NCBI GenBank assembly: GCA_964016885.1
Contig: OZ024740.1
Span: 345,278,001 to 345,342,000, forward strand
From: Eledone cirrhosa
Taxonomy: Eukaryota
Length of the DNA: 64,000 nt
Reading direction: 5' to 3'
Position numbers and translations under genes: made by a program. Every line of letters starts with the position of its first letter. The first letter of the stretch is position 1. This document shows positions 1 through 14,545 of this stretch, in pieces. Under the pieces are notes generated by a model. The model saw nothing but the letters and a program-made list of their open reading frames with translations, ran no database searches and was not told the DNA's origin.

Positions 1-241
1 AAATACAATGCCTTTTCTTTTTCCAAATGACAATAATAACGCTAACACAAATATTAGAAAGCAATATGATAAAGTGATTACAATAATATACATCCCCCAT
101 ACTTATTCATATGTACGTGTTTGTGTTTGTGTGTGTGTATGTTTGTGTGTATGTGTGTGTGTGTTTGATTGTGTATACATGCTAGAAATGCGGAGGGTAG
201 ATCCCTTCTAAAATAGAATAAAAATATAGGAATGTGCTCAC

Positions 242-444
242 CTGAGAATTTACTGTGTAAGTAGTCATCTTTACAAATGAACTTGTTCTCATCCAGTACA
301 TATAGTTCTTCTCCCGTTGATAGTTGCTTTCGACAAACCATACATGTGAAACACTTGAGATGGAAGACTTTGCTACGTGCTCTCCGAACCAAATCATTGG
401 GTGAAATACCCTGTGAACACCCTGCGCATTTTGTGCCGAATCTC
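242..444 (-). CDS. Lhx1/5: Internal coding exon of a LIM-homeobox transcription factor (Lhx1/Lhx5, Lim1), second LIM domain
   Basis: Translates [67 protein letters not shown], near-identical to LIM2 of Lhx1/Lhx5. Minus-strand acceptor TTTATGTTTACAG|G (AG at 446-445) and donor CTCAG|GTGAGC (GT at 241-240). Length 203 nt = 1 + 67 codons + 1. Confidence 0.96.
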
Positions 445-487
445 CTGTAAACATAAATAAAAATACATAAATAAAAAGGTCTATAAG

Positions 488-880
<393 letters not shown>

Positions 881-2157
881 TTTATTGAGATATATTGAGA
901 GATTGATTGAGTGATATGTAGATGGGTAGAATTTAAAAAAAAAATACAATTACGCAATTACGTCGCATTTGGAATTTAGTGCCTTTATATGGTTAAAGTC
1001 CAGTCGTTAAAATTAGTTGAAAATCAGAATGTTTATCTGTTATATGTATGTATGTAGGTATGTATGTATCTATTTATCTGCTTTAAAGGTTTGAGGTACT
1101 TATGCATTATCAGTAGATCTCTATGCATCAACACCTTGAAATCCTTCAGATGGCCGTAAATATGAAATTTTTACAGACACAGGAAGAGGTTACACATGTT
1201 TAACTTTATGAAACCAGAGGTAATGCATACATAAGTTTGTTTTTTTCCCTGTCCATACAAAACCCAAAGACAGGAAAAAAAAGAAAATAATAATAAAGGA
1301 ACGAATTTAAATAAGAATAAAGTTAAACAATGGGTCTTTTAAAAAAAGAAATCTTAAGAAATGTCATTTATGAAATTACTTTGCAAAGTCTATCAACGCT
1401 TCAACAACAAAACTTCTAGCGGTCCAGAAATACTGGTATATATTGTGACGGTGATTCAGACTAGCGAAGTGATTATTGTTCTCCTTGAATCATTTGTTTT
1501 CAACACATATATATGCCTCCTGAGTTCGTCTATTCATCCTCTCTATCAAAATGTTTGTTTCCTCTCTAATTCGGCCCTCCTTCGATATTTTTCTTTTTAT
1601 TTATGTCACTGACATCCGCTTTATCTCCCTTCTTTTATTTATTTATTAATTTATTTACTTATTTGTTCACTCATTCATTTATTTATTCGTATATTTATTT
1701 GCTTCTATTCATGACGATCTAGTAAGTACATCCCATTTTCTGCCATCACACTCAATCTGCTGTCCTCCAGCATTAGGCACAATCACATATGCTGGCCAGC
1801 AACTAGCCAGCAACTCAACCAAGTGTTTCTTGTTGGATATATATGCACCAGGAAGATAAAATAACATTCAGTAAAGCTATTCATATGTAGATATATTTTT
1901 TGCGAATCATTCTTTCTCCCCACCCTTCTCTCTATCTCACTCCTACCCTATTTCTTTTATCCCGGTTTCTACCCATTCATTTTTGCTAACATCAGGTGAA
2001 TAACTAAAAAAAAACAACACAAAACAATGTTATCACTCAAATCACACACAACACACGCTAATTCATACACACATCCTTACACATGTGTATATTTTTTTTA
2101 TAAGGTATACACTGTCTAGTACGGCAGTTCAGTCCCTTTCATACAAACATATATATT

Positions 2158-2261
<104 letters not shown>

Positions 2262-2819
2262 AGGAAAGCCAGAATGAAATAAATAAATAATGTAATGATC
2301 TATAGGACCGAAACATATATTATAAAGAAAAATATTAGAACTGGATAGCAATGCATTTCCAAAATTATATAAGACACCAAACCCCTCTCAAAAATCACCA
2401 ATAATAATATACTTGCTATATTATAGCATACATTTAAGAGAATAAATGAATCAAACGATTAGAATTTTACAAGTGAAATATAAATGATATATATAATATA
2501 TTGGATAGGATAAATGAATTTGGGAAAGCAAACAGTTCATGAATTCTTCTGTTTAAAATTTAATAGTTTTGAAAATATTCGACGATTATTTGAGTGTAGA
2601 AAAGAGTGTATGAAGCCGCTATGGTGAGAAATGTGTGTTGAAGCGTATGATTGATTGTGTCTGATCAGTAAAAGGTAATACAGAAGACTTCGTGAATATA
2701 TACTGGCAATGCCTTGAGGATCATAAGAAAGCTAAATATAGCTTACCAAACGTACTTGGTGAGCATATATATATACGACATGTAGCGAGGTTATCATAGG
2801 AGTACAAAACGAAGGCTAG

Positions 2820-3305
2820 CTATAACATAATCGCTGGAAATAGCTATGCTAAACCTTCACGTTTTCACTAGCTGCTGTTTTCTGTTGCCTCACTACGCAG
2901 TCACTCATTACGGCGATGCTGCAGCCTGGCAATTGCATTCCAGTTAGTAAATTTGATAGATATCAAGGCAACATCATTTTCCAAACCACAATCGCTCACA
3001 TGCACATTATATGAACATTCTGAAATCTGAATTTGACCAAATTTTCTGTGCACCTTGCACAGGGCGCTAAGATTGTCACATCACAAGGATTTTTCAAATC
3101 GACCCACGTTGAGCAATAAAAAATCGATATCAAAATTATCGGTAGCAAAATTGATGTAAGGGAGATAACTAACTTTATTGACAATCCTTATAAAGAGACT
3201 GCTTATTTTGACAGGTTGGGGACAAATAATGTTCTCCCTTTACTTCCTAGCTGTATATTCTTAGCATAATTTCAAACCCCGAGCAACGCCGGGTAAATCT
3301 GCTAG
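2820..3305 (+). mobile_element. Non-autonomous Helitron-like element (3' end clear, 5' end uncertain)
   Basis: Subterminal hairpin CCCG-AGCAACGC-CGGG (3278-3293) followed about 8 nt later by CTAG|T (3302-3305), the canonical Helitron 3' terminus. The start coordinate is a guess. Confidence 0.55.
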
Positions 3306-4077
3306 TATTATATATGAACATTTTGGAACATCATCCATCGACATCCTTATGATTGAAAGCAATCATATATATTAATTGAAGTGATAAACGTTTACCATGT
3401 AAATGATATGTTCATCATCCTTCAAATCTTCCCGCTTTCCTCACCAACACACACCCACTTTTAATTACGCGTCAGACATATTAGATCTATAGTAAATTTA
3501 CGAGATACAAATACATGGTTTATGTTGAACATCCCCTTGAAATGTCAGACATGTGGTCAAATGATCCTGACCGCATGTTTTGTATTCAGAAACAAAGTTA
3601 AGAGAATGACTGCCGTATAAAAATCGCCCTTATTTCTTTTTTATGCTTTGGTTTAGAGAATATATCTATGTGTGGTTTTTATGAGGGAGGGGAATTTAGC
3701 TGCTATATCTAGCAGGTCAAGTGGTCATGCAAGAGTTAGCACGTTGGCTCACAAATCGTGGTAGTAATTTGACATGTCGTACCGTCGTATCGTAGACACA
3801 GACTACTTTCGTAAAAGCAGAACCGAGACGTTGTTCATTGTGAAGTTTCATAATGAATGTTCAGTTGTTTAGTTCTATGACTACAAGCGTAACGTAGGAG
3901 AAATAACCAGACGGTGTACAATGATGACTGTTTCAAAAAGAATTATCCACACGTGACATACAAATATGCGTCAGAACTAGTGAAGCGACAATTAAAGTAA
4001 CAATTACAAAAAAGTATTTTACTACATGTATACGCACACTAAAATAGACATACAAGCATACACACACACATGCACAC

Positions 4078-4143
<66 letters not shown>

Positions 4144-4574
4144 TTGTAATAAACAACATAAGACAATTATTCCATTTACCAAAGGTTTCATGAAGACAGA
4201 CGAGCTCAACAGAGGCGTCTGAAATTTTCATTTCAGTTTCTTCGAGAACTTGCACTAAACGTCATGTACAAAATATAATTTCAATATCCCATGAAAAATG
4301 TATTTACACAATTACTAAGGTTGCTCATTTCTGTTATTTATTTTTTAAACCTCGCTTTTAACTGTGATTTTGAAAATTCATGCACCATTGCAATTTACTT
4401 TGCATGGTAAATTGAATGTAGGTCTATTATTTATATATCAATTGTATCACTGGTTTCTCCACTGATGGATATATGTGTACATAATATTTAACGCATATCT
4501 AATGACAACAAGAACAACCTGTGTCCCGATACTGCACACACACATTCCTCTAAATATATATAAAGGTCAAAACT

Positions 4575-4780
4575 ATTTTCTGGGCAAGATGTCATTGTGG
4601 AAGACCAGCACTGGCCCAAGCATAATAGTCTCCCCTCTCCATACTATCAATGTGGTCCAAGCGAAAGACAAAAGGCGATACAATTTTGCAACAATGACGT
4701 AACAACATATTCTACAGGTGAGTGAACTGGAGCACCGAGAATAAAGTATATTGCTGAATGACGCAATGCATCACCCGATG
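4575..4780 (+). mobile_element. Degenerate CORE-like SINE fragment (related copy at about 37420-37575)
   Basis: Both loci share TCTACAGGTGA...AACTGGAGCA...ATAAA...GAC(G/A)CAA(T/C)GCATC, which resembles the CORE-SINE domain. Confidence 0.5.
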
Positions 4781-4782
4781 TG

Positions 4783-4824
<42 letters not shown>

Positions 4825-5589
4825 TTCAGTACAGCATTGACGAAGCTTTAGAATACGGCCAAGCTAGCGTATATGCATAATCGGTCCGTAGCTTGAGCAC
4901 TCAGATGAGGAAAGACCCCAGAGTAATAACATTACGGTCAGACAGCTTAGCAAATCAGATATAGCGGTCGGCAGTCCAGCCGTATCACTAGAGCAACGAA
5001 AATACAGGACCCAGGAAAAGATTTTATACTGACACGGACATAGCGGTGAGGCTGAGTGCAAAATATATAACTTACATATATAGCATCCAACATCAGCGCT
5101 AAGTTTCTGTAAATCCAAGATCGACAAATTCCTATTGCAGGAGTCTGCAATATAATGGTTTTTGACGACAGAACATAGGATTTATATATATATAAAAATT
5201 AGATTAAGGATGTCATGTCTGAGTATGTCAGAATCATGCACCATATTACCTGTGGAAATAAGCTCTAAGATTCCAGGTAGTAAATCCGAGCATTTATATT
5301 AAATTAAAAGTAAGATGACGTATGTATATAAAAAGTAAACAAACCAAATAGTTACAGGGAATAATTTGTGAATATATATATATATATATATATATTAATC
5401 TGACTAGGTTCCTCTAATAGTAAATATTTTTAACAGTTATATGTCTATCAAAGCTGAAGGTAACCAGTAAACAACCTGCCTGCTAACTTACTCGCTATAA
5501 CATGTCTTTCATACTTTACCTAATGGAGGATTAATCGAACGTCATAACAGAAATAACTAAACATACACACGCGCACACACACACTCACG

Positions 5590-5665
<76 letters not shown>

Positions 5666-5670
5666 TTTAT

Positions 5671-5860
5671 CCCGGGTTCAATCGGGGGTAACCACAGTAA
5701 GTAAGGTACTCAATACATAGCAGAGTATAAATATTTGATATATAATATAGAAATGGCTTGTAGAGGACTAGAACTGTTTCATTCGGGAGAAATCATCAGG
5801 AAAGGCTTCCTAACGATTTCTCCCGAGTGAAACAGTTATAGTCTTGTAGAAGCCATTTCT
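5671..5860. mobile_element. HHR-bearing palindromic PLE-like stub, family A copy 1
   Basis: Flanked by (TA)n and (CT)n. Inverted arms at 5749-5802 and 5807-5860. Plus strand reads GGCTTC-CTAACGA-TTTCTCCCGAGT-GAAACAG-TTATAGTC-TTGTA-GAAGCC; the minus arm keeps an intact CTGATGA. Confidence 0.75.
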
Positions 5861-5866
5861 CTCTCT

Positions 5867-5969
<103 letters not shown>

Positions 5970-6915
5970 TTATCGGTGAGTGACTGTGAGGGTGTCGATG
6001 ATCACCAACATATATTCTGATATCGGCGAGAAGCTATCTTAATCATTGTGTGTGCGTGCGTGTGTGTGCGCATGTACTGCTTATTCACTTGTACGCTGTT
6101 TTCTATCGATTTTATATGTTGTGCTATTTATAAACTTAATATATTGCTTGTTTAAAGAAATGACATTTAACATGAAGTACACACATTATCGATGATATGC
6201 TTTCTATTTTGAATACAAACTGCGATGAACTCTACAGCAATGTGTTGTTAAGATTTCAGCGTTTAGTTTTAATACTAAGTTTAAACTGTACTATGAAGCG
6301 GATTGAACTGTTAGTACTGGTTAACGTTTGGAACTCTAAGAGGAGTAGCTGATGTTTCTAATTTCCATCTCAAGTTATTTGTTTTTATCTTCTCGGTAGG
6401 GTTGCTCTATTCAAGAATTATTACCAACGTAAGAATCAAAATGTTTCTTCATAGATTATTCCGGACAAGAACTAATTCTCCGTCCTAAATTTTGTGATGG
6501 TTCGCTAAGGAAAAGGTGACATTCTTTCAAGAGGAACTGGCAAAACTTCGCTCATATTATATTGATCTCGATCATTCTTCGAGCTAAATATATATTTTTC
6601 TCAGCTTCTGCTGTGTTGAAGTTAAAAAATCTCAAAAAAATAAAGGAAAGAAAAAAGGATTCAAGAATAACAATAGAACAAAAAAACACAAAAGCATTAA
6701 CAACAACAACGACAAGAACAACAACTAAGAAACGACGCAATTCACAAACTTAGATATAACAGGTGCATTCATACACTTCATTGACTAATGCATATTATAT
6801 TTATAGATTGTTTCTTTAATTCACCTCATTTCATCAGTGCAATTAATCTGACCTAACAACGATCCACGTCTATGATAATGTAGTAGTAGTAGTAGTAGCA
6901 GCAGCAACAGCAGTG

Positions 6916-6969
<54 letters not shown>

Positions 6970-7729
6970 TGAGGAGGATGAGGAGCTCCTTTTGTTTTGG
7001 CAACGGAGGAGGCGATGATATTTCTGGTTGTGGTGATGGGGATGATGTTAGTAGATGTGATGTGCTTCCTGGTGATGTCACTAATAGCGGTAGATGTGAT
7101 AGACAAAAGGGATAAATGCTTACATCGCATAACTTGCGTGGAGCATCTGCTCTTCTAGCTGAGGAATGGCCGTGGCCTGTTCCAGAAGGCTTTCGGCCCG
7201 GAGGCTATGGGTAATTTCGATGATTCTCAGCTATCGCATGCATAATGGATCAGGCTCTGGATTGAATAAATCGTCAAGATTGCACCAACAAAGAAGTGTG
7301 AGCAAATTTCTTGAGACTGATAGCTATGGCGAATGAGGTTGAGTTGTGGACAATGTTTGCAATGGAAGGTGAATGTGGAGAAAGAGGTGCTCTCTTCCCG
7401 TTAAATCTCAAAATGTGGGTGAAAGAAGTGAAAATGGCAAGAGTGAATTAGTTTAATCTTAGGCAATTCGGAGAGAGCACACGCCATTCGTGATCAGGGT
7501 GGTTGCGTATATCTAGGATTCATTTATTGATTTATTCATGATGGGTGCTGCATGCTTTCCTGAATGGTATACTACGTATATCTAACATGTATACTATGTT
7601 ACTATGTATTCTAGTTACCCATTTTTTTCACTTCTATGTAAGACACTCATTGCAACTTATCTTTGTAATGTCTCCTTCATCAAATGTCCTTGTGGCAAAT
7701 CAAACAATCCATTATAATAATTATTATTA

Positions 7730-7922
7730 TTGGCATAATCGGTCAAACATTAGTATTTGTTCCGGGTCTTTAAGGTCTGTGTTCAAAACTCACCGAGGTT
7801 TGCTTTGCATTTCATCCTTACGTGTTCGATAAAATAAAGTACCAGCAACGCACTGGATCGATTTAGTCGACTTCCCCCTCTCCTCAAATTTCTGGCCTTG
7901 TGCCTATATCAGAAACCATTAT
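7730..7922 (+). mobile_element. tRNA-derived SINE (main family)
   Basis: A-box-like TGGCATAATCGG, B-box-like GTTCAAAACTC, shared body GATAAAATAAAGTACCAG...GGCCTTGTGCC, and ATT-type tail. Confidence 0.8.
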
Positions 7923-7944
7923 CATAAAGTAGTAAGAGTAGAAT

Positions 7945-8037
<93 letters not shown>

Positions 8038-8049
8038 CAGTAGTAATAT

Positions 8050-8093
<44 letters not shown>

Positions 8094-8152
8094 ATAGTAG
8101 TAGTAGTAGGAGTAGGGGTAGGAGTAGGAGTAGTAGTAGTAGTAGTAGCAGC
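7945..8152. repeat. (CAG)n/(TAG)n trinucleotide microsatellite (similar tracts at 6878-6968, 9813-9925, 29090-29182, 32130-32295)
   Basis: Direct reading; source of the poly-Leu/Val/Tyr/Thr pseudo-ORFs. Confidence 0.95.
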
Positions 8153-8356
8153 ATTATGATATTGGGGATATGGGGCATATATTGAGTGGTGGAGGGTATG
8201 GAGAGTGAACTTTGGTAGAACAGTAGATAATACAAGTAAAATGGGAAAATCCGAATATAATTAGAGGTATAAAAAATGGTGGTGGCGTTAGGGGTATATA
8301 AATGTTGGGGGTGAGGAACAAAAGGAGAACGTATTGAAAGGATATGACATGAAAGC

Positions 8357-8982
<626 letters not shown>

Positions 8983-9822
8983 TAGAGTGTTTTTGAGTGG
9001 GGCGAGCAGGGGGACATCGAAAAGTGGAGAGAATAAGAAAAAAATGAACTGGAGAATGTTGAGATGTTGAGATTAAAACCTGGAAATAGAAAGAAAACTT
9101 TAGGGCCCAAAATATTTTATAAAGTTTGGTGTGTGAGAATGTCATTCAGATTAATCTATCTCTACTCTATCTCGAGTACTTTTTTCATTTTTGTGTACTG
9201 AATGGAGAACAAAACTTGAAATAGCTGATATTCTGTATGCAGAATGTAAAGGAATGTAACATTAAATAGAGTAAGTCATCTAAACCTAGAACTTGTCATA
9301 TCTGTTGATTATCTATTCGAACAGATGTGATTTAAATTCAAAGGCATTCCAGTCATGGCCATTCCGTCATTTTAAAGAGTATGTAGATCTACTTTACATA
9401 ATGTACTATTGATTTATTTTATGCAGTTGTGTGATTTGGATTTTATTTGTAGCAGACTGAACGACAACGTAGAAACTTCTGTCGGCTGGTATGAAATGAT
9501 AGATGACGAAAACGTCAATGAGAAATAGAAGAGATTGGAATTGGATTGAAGAGAATACAAAGGGCAACGAGAGAAAAATGTGCAGAAATAGAAGAGATTG
9601 GACGTAAAAGGCAAGGAACGAAAAAAATTGAAAGACGCAGACGACAGTTAAAATGAAAAAGATAAGAAACTACTGGTAAATAGATGAGAAGTCGGAAGAT
9701 CAAAGCAAAAACAAAAAAATAAGGTGGAGTCTGGGAATTATATACAGCAAATAATAGACAGAATCCCGATACAGAATAACTTTATAAGCGATGGAGTATT
9801 TAGAATGAAATGTGTAGTAGTG

Positions 9823-9883
<61 letters not shown>

Positions 9884-9884
9884 C

Positions 9885-9926
<42 letters not shown>

Positions 9927-10372
9927 TTTCGTTGTTGTTTTTGTTTAGTTCGACAAGAGCAATGTTCAACTTATCCGAATTTTTTACGGTGGTTCCTTAT
10001 ACATTTTTTCAGGCATAACGATTGTTAACGACAGTAAGGTGTAACATCAGCAAGATTTGGTTGAGGCACCATGTACAGGTTCTCCCCAAACGATGCTGCT
10101 GTTATTGTTGTTATTTAAGCAAAGAGAACTATTCTATGTTATTGTTGTTGAATATTTCCGCCCTTTGCATTTTATATATTTTGGCAAAGAGGACAATGAC
10201 GGGTCGCTTTGTTGGCAATTATTCATACGTATCAGTCACCTGGGAACCATAGAAACTGAATTTCCGCCCCGCAACGATAAGCAAACAAGAACAATCACCA
10301 TTATTAAACCAGTTATAAGCAACCAGTCAATCAATATATATATGTGTGTATATGTGTATGTGTGTATATGTG

Positions 10373-10475
<103 letters not shown>

Positions 10476-11680
10476 TCATTAATGTTCGTATTTAAAACGG
10501 AAAGAACCACGCATTTCGGCAAAGTAAAATATACGATGGATATCGGTTAATTTATCAAATTATTGACTCTTACAGGAGGAGTTTATTTATTTCTTTAATT
10601 TACACCAGAAATCTTTTCGCAATTCCAGGACAAGGAACATCCAGTAAGTTTCATTAATTTAATCAAGGACTGTAAATGTGTGTATGTATATATATATATA
10701 TATATATACACACCCAGAGGTAGGGATTGTCCTATTAATATTATAGCAGCTCTTTCCGTCTAAAATCTGAAAGCTTCCGTTTATGCTCTTGTAACGCAAG
10801 TGCAATTATAATCAAAATAAATGAAACCAGATAAATAGATGACGAGTTAAGAACCTAAGCCATGAAAGAACCAAGAAATACACGCTCTGAAGAATGTGCT
10901 AGAAATAGCACTGTAGCATTTTTTCAGATATCGTGTCGACATTCTGATGTCAGCAAACAAAATTCCTGAATTATTTTCTGATATTTTCAACTCAGGATTT
11001 TAACTGGGGTTTAACAATGCCTTGTGGGATTTAGTTGACAGTCACCATTAGAACCTAAGGTCAGCTCTACTAATACAAAATTTAAGAATTTCCATTAGGA
11101 GCAGTAACACAATAATTCAACACGTGTGTGAGTGTTTGCGTATGTGTGTGTTTGGGTATGTCTGTACTAGTATTTGAGTGTAAGCGTTTATAAAATTTGA
11201 AATATGTGAATCCCAATGCAAATCATTATAATAATAGTCGATACCTATAAATATGATTTAAGAGTATCGAGTAAAGTACCTTAGAGGCACTTTTCAAAAT
11301 AACTTGCTGTTCACTTCAGCGTTGAGATGTATTATTCGATATCAAATGGATTGAAACATTATATATATATTTTTTTTATTCACATTATTTATAACGGCAC
11401 ATATATTTATTCATACACGCTCATACAAATGTATACTTATTCAAGCATGCACATATGTATGTATTCTCTGTTGTTATTGAACATATATATATATATATAT
11501 ATATGTCATATTAAACAGTCAGAAGATCACATTCTCACGTATCATGTACACGCACATGCACAAACAGATATTTATATACATACATATATGAGTATATATA
11601 AGCGTGCGCACATACACACACTTACACACATACTTACACACACACACACATATATAAATGTGTGTGTGTGTGTGTGTGTA

Positions 11681-11872
11681 TCCCGTTTCAATCGGGGGTA
11701 ACCACAGTAAGCAACGTACTGAATAAATAGTAGGAGAATATAAAAAATGTTAATATAGATATGGCTTCTACGGGACTAGAACTAATTCATTTGAAGGAAA
11801 TTATCAGGAAAGCGCCCATGATTTCCTTCGAATGAAACAGCTCTATTCCTGTAGAATCCATCTCTATATTAA
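11681..11872. mobile_element. HHR-bearing palindromic stub, family A copy 2 (third, more decayed copy at about 32815-32945)
   Basis: Same TTCAATCGGGGGTAACCACAGTAAG start and same inverted arms as 5671-5860; retains GAATGAAACAG...CTGTAGAA. Confidence 0.75.
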
Positions 11873-11880
11873 ATCTTATT

Positions 11881-11925
<45 letters not shown>

Positions 11926-11926
11926 A

Positions 11927-11990
<64 letters not shown>

Positions 11991-11996
<6 letters not shown>

Positions 11997-12316
11997 ATAT
12001 TAACAAATGGAAACTATATTTATAAAACCATATTTATTTCATTATACATATTTCAAGGGCCACCAAGGTAAACTATGGTGCGCTTTCATCAGATAAAATA
12101 TAATATAGGTTAGTTTTATAAATAAATATTGACATACCCTTAAAAATGCAACCATTCTGGTTGGAATCTCCTGTATAATGAAATAAATATGGTTTTATAA
12201 ATATAGTTTCCATTTGTTAATATATTGTATTTACTCCAATAATTTGTTGAGTGCTTTATATCAGTTATAAAAATATTTTACTTGTTGTATCCCAACAAAT
12301 TAAATATAACCTCTAC
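11991..12316. mobile_element. PLE-like stub with 58-bp perfect inverted arms and a long-stem-II HHR core
   Basis: Arms at 11991-12048 and 12172-12229. Minus strand reads CTGATGA-AAG-CG-CACCA-loop-TGGTG-GCC-CTT-GAAA (12051-12092), with a degenerate cleavage site. TA tracts on both sides. Confidence 0.7.
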
Positions 12317-12335
12317 ATATATATATATATATATA

Positions 12336-12418
12336 TTTATTAAATTTTAAGCAAAGAATCGCTGCGTTCACCCTTATCGAGCTCTTTTCGGATTTTAGTC
12401 TTCACATTTATTATTACT
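12336..12418. mobile_element. Internally deleted copy of HHR family B
   Basis: TTTAAGCAAAGAATCGCTGC...CCTTATCGAGC...TTTTAGTCTTCACATTTATTATTACT matches both ends of 19788-20003. Confidence 0.75.
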
Positions 12419-14306
12419 ATGTATATGAACATAAATACACAATTATATACATACATTTACTGAAAAGAAAATAATATATCACCAGTGATTATATTCTAAA
12501 TGTAATGTTTCTGGAACAATATGTAATTAGGGTTTAAATTTACTTATTTTACTCTTTAATTTTAAGAAAACATTTTTTAATTGTGTCAAACATTTGTTTT
12601 ATAATAGCAGATCTGGTTTCATTGTCTCTTGTTCACCATTGTTATAGCTGTTGTTTTTCTATTGTTGTTGTTACTGCTTATGGTGCTGCTACTACTGGTG
12701 TTGCTGATGATTTTATTGTTGTTTTAAACCGAATCATGGTTTAATATGATGGATTATACAGATGTTGCTTATAACAATTGTCTTTTTTTCTTTCACTTTT
12801 AGATGTGAAGAAAGGGCCTGTATCCATAAGCTACTAGGGCCCTCGAAAACCTGTGGAATTGGTCATGTTGATATTCCATTAAAACTGTTACACGTCGACG
12901 CGTGTGTGAACGATTTGAGGACGAAGAGATTTCTATAGGGCCGTCGTTCTGGGCTTAGAAGGACTTGGCGTTCTGGTTAGTGTAAGACCTGCTTGATGGA
13001 CACAATTATGTACATATACGTAACGAGAGGGGTGTGACATGTTGACATGTTTATTGGGAGGTGCATTATAATTATATTGTTCATTCGTGATGATGACGCG
13101 TTGTTATTCTCATTTAGGCCCAGATCAGATGTGATCGCGAACAGACTTTCGTGATATATTTTACAGCCAGGGATAGCCATTCTTTTTCAGTGTTGCCTTA
13201 AATCTAAGACCACATTATCCAACGTGCTCTTTGCAAATACGGTATGATGTGGTACCTTTTAAATTAGAAGTAACTGCTGCTTCTATCGGGGCGAGATTGC
13301 CTTGGCTCGTTTTAATCATTGACAGAGGTGACTGGTGCAAGGTTCTGATGGTGTTTGCCGGGATGGTTAGAGTGTTTATAATGATTATCATGAAGATATT
13401 TGAAATGATTGTAACGGTGGAGCTCGTAGCCACCACTGATGTTTGTTAACACCATCATCGTCTGTTATTGTACTCCTGACATCGATAATAATTTTATTGC
13501 GTTATACTTAAATATGTTTGAATATATATGGAAGTGCTTGCTGTTTAGTCCCATGAGGTCATTTGATCAACAAATATATATATATAAACAAAAAAACTAT
13601 TCCTAATATATGCGCATTGTCACGAATGTGGTGGAATGCTAACATTGATTAAATAAACAAAAATATTCGAGTCATATTTATTTTATCAACCACGGAAGCA
13701 TGGAAGCCAAAGATGATTCTAGCAAGATTTGAACTTGTAACTATAATTAAGCATATTATTTAATGTACATTTGAAAAAACGTGACATATATGATTGCATT
13801 AAAATCTTATAAGTATATTCACCCAGATTTGCTGATTTTTAATCATGTTCGTTATATCATCGGAAATGACAACAATACTTACAGCATAACCATCTATTTA
13901 GACGGACTTGTTATAATATCAACTTCACTTAATCACAGACATAAGACGTCTGCTATTGGCGGTCACACATTGTAACATGCTTCAATAATTATTGGTTGTC
14001 GAAACAACAGAATGAATGATTATATGGACGGCTAAGTGGTGACAGGGGCTGAAATGTAAGTGATGATATGGGACCTAAAATTATAGTTATTAATGTGTAG
14101 GGTGTTGATCAGTCCAGCCTTTGTGGTGTTGCCTGGAGTGGGAAGAGGAGTAAACCGGCCATGGAGTGTTAATTCGCTATGTTGGAAAATTCGTAATGAG
14201 AATTAAATCAGTGAATACACACTCACTCACCCACACACGCTAACACATATATAAATATATGAGTACCTGTGTATATGCGAGTGAGTGTGATCGTGATGAG
14301 TGTGTA

Positions 14307-14401
<95 letters not shown>

Positions 14402-14509
14402 GTGTGTATGTGCGTGTATTCTCATGTAAATATGAGTATGTGTGTAAGTGTATGTTCGGGAGTGTGTATGCATGTCTATCTATCTATCCCTCTATATATA
14501 TGTATATAC

Positions 14510-14545
<36 letters not shown>

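Noticed and set aside
2290-2325. TAATGA-TCTATAGGACC-GAAAC as a hammerhead
   Set aside because: Core lacks CUGA and the stems do not close; too degenerate to call.
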